From Candidatus Promineifilaceae bacterium (GTDB lineage: Bacteria > Chloroflexota > Anaerolineae > Promineifilales > Promineifilaceae): DNA of 25,922 nt. The notes beneath the pieces are model-generated. The model searched no databases. It saw nothing but the letters and a program-made list of their open reading frames with translations, and had not been told where the DNA came from. The stretch lies in assembly GCA_041570685.1 (NCBI GenBank), contig JBFFVR010000001.1:1-25922 (forward strand). Reading direction: 5' to 3'. Both the position numbers and the translations under genes were made by a program. Positions 1-7,455 of this stretch are shown piece by piece. Each line of letters begins with the position of its first letter. Position 1 is the first letter of the stretch.

Positions 1-767
1 AGCCGATGGTAATCCAGGTGAGCATTTAACCCAGTACCTGTGGCCGTTCCTCCAATTCCGAGTCGTCGCAAGCCGTCCGCAGCAGCAGCTATCTTTTGCC
101 TGTTACGTTCAACTGAGCGAGCATAGGCCCCAAATTCCTGCCCGAGCCTTATTGGCACAGCATCTTGAAGGTGGGTTCGACCGCTCTTAACAATACCATC
201 AAATTCAATTGCTTTCTGGCCTAGGGCGTTTGATAAATTATCCAAAGAGGATAGTAGTTCTTCTAATCGCCAAAGGGACCCAAGCCGGATGGCGGTTGGA
301 ATTGTATCATTCGTCGATTGGGCCATGTTGACATGATCATTGGGATGAATAGGTTTAGAGGATTCATCAAGGCCAAATCCCAGTATTTCATTGGCTCGAT
401 TAGCGATCACCTCGTTTGTATTCATATTGTGACTAGTGCCGGCGCCGGCCTGGATGGGATCGACGACAAATTGGTTATTCCATTTCCCTTTAATGACTTC
501 GTCAGCCGCTTGCATGATTGCCTCGGCGATCGATTTCCCCGAAAGTTCCTTACCATCAATTATGGTGTCCTTGAAAAGATTTAGCTCCAAGTTCACTTGG
601 GCAGCGGCACGCTTAATCGCGGCCATGCCCCAAACAAAGGCTGGATATTGCCGTAAGCCTGTAATTGGAAAATTATGGATAGCTCGTTGTGTTTGGGCGC
701 TCCAATAGGCGTCGACTGGCACTTCAACCAATCCTAAAGAGTCTTTTTCGGTGCGATATTTAGTCAT
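1..767 (-). CDS. aspA: Aspartate ammonia-lyase (fumarase/aspartase class II superfamily), 5' part; truncated by window edge
   Basis: Manual translation from ATG at 767: MTKYRTEKDSLGLVEVPVDAYWSAQTQRAIHNFP...DPIQAGAGTSHNMNTNEVIANRA...HPNDHVNMAQSTNDTIPTA...KSGRTHLQDAVP. QSTND and GAGTSxNMN favour AspA over FumC (QSSND, GSGTQTNMN). AGGAG SD at 773-777. Absent from ORF track because there is no stop in the window. Confidence 0.85.
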   Translation of the reverse strand, partial: MTKYRTEKDSLGLVEVPVDAYWSAQTQRAIHNFPITGLRQYPAFVWGMAAIKRAAAQVNLELNLFKDTIIDGKELSGKSIAEAIMQAADEVIKGKWNNQFVVDPIQAGAGTSHNMNTNEVIANRANEILGFGLDESSKPIHPNDHVNMAQSTNDTIPTAIRLGSLWRLEELLSSLDNLSNALGQKAIEFDGIVKSGRTHLQDAVPIRLGQEFGAYARSVERNRQKIAAAADGLRRLGIGGTATGTGLNAHLDYHR

Positions 768-830
768 AAAAGCTCCTGGGCTGTGCTAGGGAAAAGGTAC
801 TGAGGGTTATCAATAATCACCCCGAAGATG

Positions 831-886
831 AAAAAAGCCGAATTGACCATCAATGCTATAGCAAAGCATTACTGGCCAATCCGGCT
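831..886 (-). terminator. Long hairpin with U-tract (intrinsic terminator/attenuator) downstream of ferredoxin gene
   Basis: On minus strand AGCCGGAUUGGCCA (886-873) pairs fully with UGGUCAAUUCGGCU (849-836; two G.U pairs), inner 6-bp stem AAUGCU/AGCAUU with 7-nt loop, then UUUUUU (836-831). The G.U pairs form only on the minus strand. Confidence 0.7.
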
Positions 887-949
887 GAACCAGGAGCAGG
901 CTAGCTCCTGGAACTTAAAAGTTACTCTATCCAGAGGTCGTTAAATCGC

Positions 950-1360
950 TTACATGTCAAGTGCATCATAACCTGGGCCACCACTGTAGAATTCGTAATT
1001 TGGTTCGATATCCTCAGTTAGATCCAGGATCTCGCCGCCGGCGAGCTGTTTGGCATTCAACACTTTAACATCATGCCCATCAACCTCGCCTTCCAGAGGT
1101 TGGCCGTCGGGCAATAATTCTTTCGTATTAACGATCCACTGACCAGCGGCGGCTTCGAAATCGAATGGTACTTCTTCCTCGGGAAAGATCGCTTCATACG
1201 GACACTCTGGAACACAAGCGCCACAGTCGATGCAGGTGTCAGGATCGATGTATAACCAAGGCCATTCTTCCTCGGGCAAACCCAAAACCATGCACTCTAC
1301 TGGGCAGACATCGATACAGGCAGTGTCGCGGAGACAAAGTCTGGTGACAATGTAGGTCAT
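950..1360 (-). CDS. Dicluster (7Fe/8Fe-type, FdxA-like) ferredoxin with acidic C-terminal insert
   Basis: C9-x2-D12-x2-C15-x3-C19-P and C43-x2-C46-x2-C49-x3-C53-P motifs; LYIDPDTCIDCGAC..CP.EAIF typical of FdxA family; AAGGAG SD. Confidence 0.9.
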   Translation of the reverse strand: MTYIVTRLCLRDTACIDVCPVECMVLGLPEEEWPWLYIDPDTCIDCGACVPECPYEAIFPEEEVPFDFEAAAGQWIVNTKELLPDGQPLEGEVDGHDVKVLNAKQLAGGEILDLTEDIEPNYEFYSGGPGYDALDM

Positions 1361-1415
1361 GAAGTTACTCCTTTTCTCTCAAACAAAATTTAAAAATATT
1401 GCCTGGCACGATATA

Positions 1416-2027
1416 TTATTGAGTAGCTGCATACAAGGTGGCTACATGGTCCCAATTTACGACATTCCACCAGGCAGCAACATAATCCGGACGGCGGTTT
1501 TGATAGTTAAGATAGTAGGCATGTTCCCAGACGTCGAGACCTAGGATGGGAGTATTACCATCCATAAGCGGAGTATTTTGATTTGGCGTCGAAGAGACCG
1601 CTAAATTGCCATCTTTACCAACATATAACCAGGCCCAACCAGATCCAAAGCGGGTGCCGGCCGCTTTGCTGAAAGCAGCCTTAAACTCATCAAAGCTGCC
1701 AAAAGCACTGTCAATTGCCGCAGCCAAATCGCCTGATGGAATCCCACCACCATCAGGACTCATGACTTGCCAGAATAAACTGTGATTGGCAAACCCACCA
1801 CCATTATTGCGAACCGCGGTTCGAATTGATTCTGGCAAATCATCTAAATTAGCTAATAACGCTTCGATGGACTGACTCGCCAAATCACTCTGGCCTTCCA
1901 GGGCGTTATTTAGATTATTTGTATAAGCTGCGTGATGCTTATCATGATGAATACTCATTGTCATGGCATCAATGTGAGGTTCTAGGGCGTTCTCAGGGTA
2001 TGGAAGAGGGGGTAATTCAAAAGACAT
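1416..2027 (-). CDS. sodA: Superoxide dismutase, Mn/Fe family (Mn-type signature)
   Basis: LPYxxxALEPHI, HHDKHH, NNGGGxxNHSLFW, [21 protein letters not shown]; GGG and Q signatures indicate Mn type; AAGGAG SD at 2033-2038. Confidence 0.96.
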   Translation of the reverse strand: MSFELPPLPYPENALEPHIDAMTMSIHHDKHHAAYTNNLNNALEGQSDLASQSIEALLANLDDLPESIRTAVRNNGGGFANHSLFWQVMSPDGGGIPSGDLAAAIDSAFGSFDEFKAAFSKAAGTRFGSGWAWLYVGKDGNLAVSSTPNQNTPLMDGNTPILGLDVWEHAYYLNYQNRRPDYVAAWWNVVNWDHVATLYAATQ

Positions 2028-2137
2028 TCCAACTCCTTTTTATGGAAATGCAAGTGGTTTAGATCGTGTGATTCTGTCTCGAAATAATTAGAAAGTAAGC
2101 ATCTCAGACCGGCTAACTATAGCAGTCCGTTGAGCCC

Positions 2138-2166
2138 ATTCTAGCTATTGCCAATACCTTTGTCAA
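2138..2166 (-). promoter_or_regulatory. Sigma70-type promoter of sodA
   Basis: TTGACA (2166-2161) - 17 nt - TAGAAT (2143-2138) on minus strand, about 105 nt upstream of the ATG. Confidence 0.75.
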
Positions 2167-2616
2167 TAACGGTTCTATCCAGAGATTTCAAGCTCTAAAA
2201 ATCTCGAAATAAGCTTCCAAATCGCTTATTATTTTCCATTCGAGTTACTTCCTGAATTCCCGGCAGATAAAAGATACCAATGGTTTTTGAGGTGCTATTG
2301 CCGCTGAGATTAATTTTTCGGCAGACAAGAATTCACAGTGTTAACACAAAACAAATAGCCGGCATACGTATTTCTAATATTTCTTACTTAAATTAGAAGC
2401 TATATAGCGTGAAGATTTGAAGGTGTTTAGATCAATTCCCGATTTGCGATTCACGTTTGACAGTGATTGGCAATTAACCGATGGATGTAGGCATTAATTA
2501 TTGAGTATTGCCTCAAAAAGAAAAAACGGAACCGGAATAATCAATTGCAAGAAAATTGCTGACTTTGTGCAGCGGAAAACTGAGAAAAGAAATAATGGAT
2601 AAGGAGATTTTAAATA

Positions 2617-4515
2617 ATGAGTAAGATCGTAGGTATCGATCTAGGAACAACAAATTCAGTTGTAGCCATCATGGAAGGTGGTCAAGCTGAAGTAATATCA
2701 ACGGCTGAAGGCGGGCGCCTTGCGCCTTCTGTCGTGGCATTTAATAAGAACGGTGAGCGTCTTGTGGGCCAGACTGCAAAACGACAGGCCACCATCAATC
2801 CAGAAAACACCGTTTTTTCAGTGAAACGATTCATCGGCCGTCGCTTTGATGATCCTGAAACTCAAGAAGAACGGGATCGAGTGCCCTATTCACTAGAAAA
2901 TGGACCGCAAGGGGATGTGTTAATTAATGTGCCCCACACCGCCAAAAGTTACACACCCCAGGAAATTTCGGCCATGGTGTTGAGCAAGCTCAAAAAAGAT
3001 GCTGAAGACTATCTAGGGCAGCCTGTATCAAAAGCAGTTATCACGGTTCCGGCCTATTTCAATGATAGCCAGCGCCAAGCGACAAAAGATGCCGGCCGTA
3101 TCGCTGGGCTCGAAGTTTTGCGAATCATCAACGAACCGACGGCAGCAGCATTAGCCTATGGCCTCGAGAAAGAAGTTGAAGAAACCATTTTGGTTTTTGA
3201 TCTCGGCGGTGGTACCTTCGATGTGTCGGTCTTAGAGGTAAGCGACGGCTTGGTAGAAGTTCAATCGACTAATGGAGACACCCATCTTGGTGGAGACGAT
3301 TGGGACAAAGCTATCAGCGATTGGATGGTTGAAGAATTCCTGGCCGATCAGGGTATAAATCTGGGACAGGATCGACAAGCTTTGCAACGAATCCGAGAAG
3401 CTGCTGAAAAGGCGAAGATCGAGCTATCGACTACGATGCAAACTGAGATCAACTTGCCCTTTGTCACTGCCGATGCCAGCGGGCCAAAACATTTACAAAT
3501 GACATTATCACGGGCAAAATTCGAGCAACTAACCTCTGATCTTGTGGAGCGGCTGTCTCAGCCTGTTGATAACGCTTTAGCCGATGCGGGAATCAAGGCT
3601 AGTGAATTAGATGCGGTCATCCTAGTTGGTGGTGCTACACGAATGCCAATGGTCCAAGAGTTGGTAATGAAGCTGACTGGCCAAGAACCGAACAAAAGCG
3701 TCAATCCAGACGAAGTTGTCGCTTTGGGTGCAGCTATTCAAGCCGGCGTGCTGACTGGTGAGGTCGATGACCTGCTGCTGCTCGATGTTACGCCACTCAG
3801 CTTGGGTCTAGAGACTTTGGGTGGGGTCATGACAACGCTCATCCAGCGAAATACGACGATTCCAACTCGCAAATCGGAGATATTTAGTACAGCCGAAGAT
3901 AATCAGATGGCTGTTGATGTTCACGTTCTTCAGGGTGAACGCCCGATGGCGGCTGATAACGCAACCTTAGGGATCTTCCGACTGGAGGGAATACCGGCCG
4001 CGCCGCGTGGCATGCCACAGATTGAAGTAGCTTTCGATATTGACGCCAACGGTATCTTAAACGTGAGCGCCACAGACAAAGCCACAGGAAAAAGTCAGAA
4101 GATCACCATTACGGCTACCACTAACCTGACTGACGCTGATGTTGACCGCATGGTAAAGGAGGCCGAGCAACATGCCTCTGAAGATCAAAACCGCCGTGAA
4201 TTGATTGAAGCGCGGAATCTTGCCGACCAGGTTGTTTACCAAACGGAAAAAAGCCTTGGTAGTTTGAATGGTCAGGCACCAGCAAACCTCCGGCAAGAGA
4301 TTGAGACCAAAATCGAGCAGCTGAAAGAGGCTATAAATGGCGAGGACATTACCTTAATCCGCCGACTTACCGAGGAATTACAGCAGGCAAGCATGGAAAT
4401 TGGCGAGAAAATGTATCAGGCCAACGACGGTTCGAATGGCGCTGATACTGCTCCCAATTCGAGTGGTGATGGCGAAGACGAAGATATCGTCGAGGGTGAA
4501 TTCGAAGCCGCCTAA
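2617..4515 (+). CDS. dnaK: Chaperone DnaK (Hsp70)
   Basis: [62 protein letters not shown]; AAGGAG SD. Confidence 0.99.
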   Translation: MSKIVGIDLGTTNSVVAIMEGGQAEVISTAEGGRLAPSVVAFNKNGERLVGQTAKRQATINPENTVFSVKRFIGRRFDDPETQEERDRVPYSLENGPQGDVLINVPHTAKSYTPQEISAMVLSKLKKDAEDYLGQPVSKAVITVPAYFNDSQRQATKDAGRIAGLEVLRIINEPTAAALAYGLEKEVEETILVFDLGGGTFDVSVLEVSDGLVEVQSTNGDTHLGGDDWDKAISDWMVEEFLADQGINLGQDRQALQRIREAAEKAKIELSTTMQTEINLPFVTADASGPKHLQMTLSRAKFEQLTSDLVERLSQPVDNALADAGIKASELDAVILVGGATRMPMVQELVMKLTGQEPNKSVNPDEVVALGAAIQAGVLTGEVDDLLLLDVTPLSLGLETLGGVMTTLIQRNTTIPTRKSEIFSTAEDNQMAVDVHVLQGERPMAADNATLGIFRLEGIPAAPRGMPQIEVAFDIDANGILNVSATDKATGKSQKITITATTNLTDADVDRMVKEAEQHASEDQNRRELIEARNLADQVVYQTEKSLGSLNGQAPANLRQEIETKIEQLKEAINGEDITLIRRLTEELQQASMEIGEKMYQANDGSNGADTAPNSSGDGEDEDIVEGEFEAA

Positions 4516-4602
4516 GGATGGACATCCTCGCTTCATTTGAACGATAAAGCGTTCCGGCAACAAGCCCGGAATATCAACACTGTTTACCTTCTCTCTCGAG
4601 CG

Positions 4603-4643
4603 ATCAGGCCCACCTGTTTAAGATGGGCCTGATTTTGTTATTT
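4603..4643 (+). terminator. Intrinsic terminator of dnaK
   Basis: 10-bp stem ATCAGGCCCA (4603-4612)/TGGGCCTGAT (4624-4633) followed by TTTGTTATTT. Confidence 0.75.
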
Positions 4644-4818
4644 GGATGTCGAGGTTTGACATCCAACTCTAGAAGGTCTTTTGAAATATAGGCAAGCGAA
4701 GAACGGTGATTCTCCAAGGCGCCAGGGATCTCTCGCCACTTGGAATATTTATAAATATTACAGAAAACCTATATTGATTAGGCCCTAAAATCCAGTATCA
4801 TTCTATGGTTGATAAAAT

Positions 4819-4824
4819 TATAAT
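4819..4824 (+). promoter_or_regulatory. Probable -10 element for the transporter gene
   Basis: Perfect TATAAT in an AT-rich tract about 100 nt upstream of the GTG start; no convincing -35 at canonical spacing. Confidence 0.4.
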
Positions 4825-4924
4825 GGTTATTTTTCTTAGGTATTGAGTTGCTGATCCTGCGAGGATGCCCTAGAAGGTTGACTGTCGCTCAGCAAAACCT
4901 AAGTGTGTTGCCAGGAGCGTCTTC

Positions 4925-7201
4925 GTGGCCCACGTATCGAACAAACTTTCCAATCCCCTGGAAGGTGCGCTAGCCGGAGGCGGAGATCCAGCCACATCTC
5001 CTTTGTACGTCTTTGGTCCCTTTCTAAGGCTCATTGTGGTGGCCGGAGTTGCCCAGATCACCTTCGGAGCAAGTGTATGGTTGGTGGTTCTGACGATTGC
5101 CCTTGTTTCTGCCATGTACCGTCTGGTGATGATTTGGATAGTCGATGGCAGTGGGGGAAGCGGATTGAGCGAAGAAGAGTTCGGGGGTTGGGCCGTAAAA
5201 CTGAACGCCAGCATAACATTTGTAGAATATACGTTAACGTTCCTGGTCAGCATGGCTGCTCTGGTTACCTTCATTGCCGATCGAGTACCTGCCCTCAACG
5301 AGCCCTTCTTGGGTTTTCAGTATCGAACTTTTGTGGCCATTGCTTTAAGTATTGGCACTGGCTGGTTGGTGAATCGCGGTCCAAGGGTTGCTGCGAGGGC
5401 ATTTGGTCCGGCAACAGGTGGTGTCTTGCTCCTTCTCTGGGCAATGATCCTGTCCACTTTGATAAAATATGGAGTAAATCTACCGTCGATCCGACTCGAA
5501 GCCTTCAGTCCAGAAAATATCAGATTCACCCTTGGTGGTTACGTTCGTATCCTGGCTGTCATGACGGGCATCGAGATTTTTGCCAACCTGGTAGCTGCCT
5601 ATGAGGGAGAGCCTAAGCGAAAAAGTCGCATGGCCTTTCAAAGCTTAGTGATAATCATGGGTACCACGATCATCACGATGTTGATAGTTGGCCCGGCTAT
5701 CTTGTCGCTATCTGATCCAACAAATACTGAGGTATCTGTGTTCACTCAGACGATGGATCAGTTACTGCCCACTCCCTTGGCCTTTCTAGGCACCTTTGTC
5801 AGCATTCTAGTATTGTTATCGGCATCGGCCGCCAGTGCCCAAGGTCTTCAGAATCTGGCCTTAGGTTTAAGAATGCGTCATTACGTACCCGCTATCGTCG
5901 GACAAAGGAATGCGTTCGACGTCGCGTCAGTTCCAGTTTGGATTGAGGTAGGAATTGTTTCCCTTTGTTTTCTCATTGCTGGCACAAATGAAGAAACATA
6001 TTTAGCTATCTATGCGGCTGGGGTGTTCATATTGCTCAGCATGACCGGATGGGCTGCTTCGCGACGTTTGCTAAGGCAGTTCCGGAATATTTCCAACCTG
6101 CGAAATCTGGCGACGCTTGGTGGCACCCTTCTTGCGGCTATCTTAACTACAGTAGCAACTATTATCATTTTTTCCGAACGATTTACCGAAGGCGCCTGGA
6201 CGTACTTCGTTTTTCTTCCTCTTTTATATGTGCTCTTTTCTTATTTTCGTCGCAAGCTCGGTAAGCCAATGCCAGCCAATGAACGGCATGGTTTATTACA
6301 AGCCGGACAGCGGTATTTACCTGTTTCGGATTTAGGATATACTTACTTGGAACACAATTTTGACAACATCTTGGTGCCGTTGGACGGATCAGAGTTTGCC
6401 GAAGAAGCGATTCCATTAGCTAAAGCGATTTCACCCATTGGTGATAACCGTCTCACCCTTTTGTCAGTTGTTCAGACTTCTGGTGCCCCGCGGACAGTTC
6501 CACTGGTAACTAGTAGCCTTGATGGCGATTACGAAGCCCACGAAGACTACCTGCAAAAAATGTCAAAGCACCTGGATGGTCTAGGACTAAAATCTCGGCT
6601 TGTGATTGGCCAGGGTTCGGTGCCTGAGGAGATTGTCGCGACAGCTAAAGACTACCAAGCAAATCTACTGGTCATGAGCACCCACGGCCGGTCAGGAATA
6701 GGCCGGTTACTGGTTGGCAGCGTCGCCTCACAGGTGATTCGAACGAGTTCACTCCCTATAGTCCTAGTGAAACCCGGAACTCGTGAACAATCAGAATCTC
6801 ATTTGTTTGGCAAGTTGCTTGTGGCTCTTGATGGCTCGACAGTGGCTGAGCAAGTCCTTCCATTTACTCAGGCTATGGCGTCTCATTTTGAAAGCGAAGT
6901 CATACTATTGTCGGTGCCCGGCGATCTCTCAGCTGAAAACCAGACAGATGTCTTGTCTCGTTATCTGGCGGACGTTGCTGAGTGGTTAAAAAAGGATGGT
7001 CTGGCTGTGGAAACCAATGTTATTGGATCGACCCCAGCTCATACAATCGTAAGTCTAGCAGATTCACATGGCGCCGACCTGATCATGTTAGCGAGCCGTG
7101 GTCTTGGTGGTAGCGACCGTCTGATGTTTGGCAGCGTTGCCGATACTGTTATCCGCAACGCTAACCGGCCGGTATTTCTAGTTCCAGTTCACCCAACATA
7201 G
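4925..7201 (+). CDS. APC-superfamily transporter of KimA/YdaO (KUP-related) type fused to two C-terminal universal stress protein (USP) domains
   Basis: About 440 aa of multiple hydrophobic helices with D21-x6-Y28, VEYTLT, MTGIEIFAN and IYAAGVF motifs matching KimA by eye; then two USP repeats (NILVPLDGS...MSTHGRSGIGRLLVGSV; KLLVALDGS...ASRGLGGSDRLMFGSV). GTG start with CCAGGAG SD at 4911-4917. Confidence 0.82.
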   Translation: MAHVSNKLSNPLEGALAGGGDPATSPLYVFGPFLRLIVVAGVAQITFGASVWLVVLTIALVSAMYRLVMIWIVDGSGGSGLSEEEFGGWAVKLNASITFVEYTLTFLVSMAALVTFIADRVPALNEPFLGFQYRTFVAIALSIGTGWLVNRGPRVAARAFGPATGGVLLLLWAMILSTLIKYGVNLPSIRLEAFSPENIRFTLGGYVRILAVMTGIEIFANLVAAYEGEPKRKSRMAFQSLVIIMGTTIITMLIVGPAILSLSDPTNTEVSVFTQTMDQLLPTPLAFLGTFVSILVLLSASAASAQGLQNLALGLRMRHYVPAIVGQRNAFDVASVPVWIEVGIVSLCFLIAGTNEETYLAIYAAGVFILLSMTGWAASRRLLRQFRNISNLRNLATLGGTLLAAILTTVATIIIFSERFTEGAWTYFVFLPLLYVLFSYFRRKLGKPMPANERHGLLQAGQRYLPVSDLGYTYLEHNFDNILVPLDGSEFAEEAIPLAKAISPIGDNRLTLLSVVQTSGAPRTVPLVTSSLDGDYEAHEDYLQKMSKHLDGLGLKSRLVIGQGSVPEEIVATAKDYQANLLVMSTHGRSGIGRLLVGSVASQVIRTSSLPIVLVKPGTREQSESHLFGKLLVALDGSTVAEQVLPFTQAMASHFESEVILLSVPGDLSAENQTDVLSRYLADVAEWLKKDGLAVETNVIGSTPAHTIVSLADSHGADLIMLASRGLGGSDRLMFGSVADTVIRNANRPVFLVPVHPT

Positions 7202-7455
7202 CCGGTGCTTGGGTCCTCTGTCCTGTAATAAGTCCAAGTTATTAATCGATATTTTTAATATTTGAAGTATTTGAACTGGCAGTTAATCTACCCGCTTGCC
7301 AGCTGGTTTGATATTCGAATTGTCAACAAATGTTAGCAAATGAACAATCGGTCAAAATAGGTCTATAATTATTCAATTGAGTAGTAAAATTAGGGATTAG
7401 TTTTGAATAGATTAATAATGATGCTCGTTTGAGCAATTGAAGTCCAATCTGAAGC

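Noticed and set aside
318-708. Track ORFs 318..584 and 436..708 (+)
   Set aside because: Antisense shadows of the minus-strand aspA reading frame; no recognisable motifs.
802-823. Fur/PerR box near aspA (GGGTTATCAATAATCACCC)
   Set aside because: Only one half-site approaches the consensus; equally explained as a small RNA hairpin.
2440-2616. CIRCE or HAIR operator for dnaK
   Set aside because: Best CIRCE-like alignment gives 6/9 and 3/9 half-site matches; TTGAG/CTCAA has N6 rather than the HAIR spacing. Kept only as an unidentified motif.
4516-4640. 6S RNA or SRP RNA after dnaK
   Set aside because: Too short for the 6S rod with central bubble and lacks the SRP helix-8 GGAAG/AGCAG motif.
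4680-4924. Canonical ydaO (c-di-AMP) riboswitch upstream of the KimA-like gene
   Set aside because: GCUGA-UCC start is similar, but the GGAACC, GGGG.UGAAUC and GUCAGCUAAC elements and the length are missing.
4870-5604. Track ORFs 4870..5298 (-) and 4903..5604 (+, Cys-rich)
   Set aside because: Overlap the transporter gene. The Cys/Trp richness is the frame-shift artefact expected from a hydrophobic membrane-protein frame, and there is no SD.
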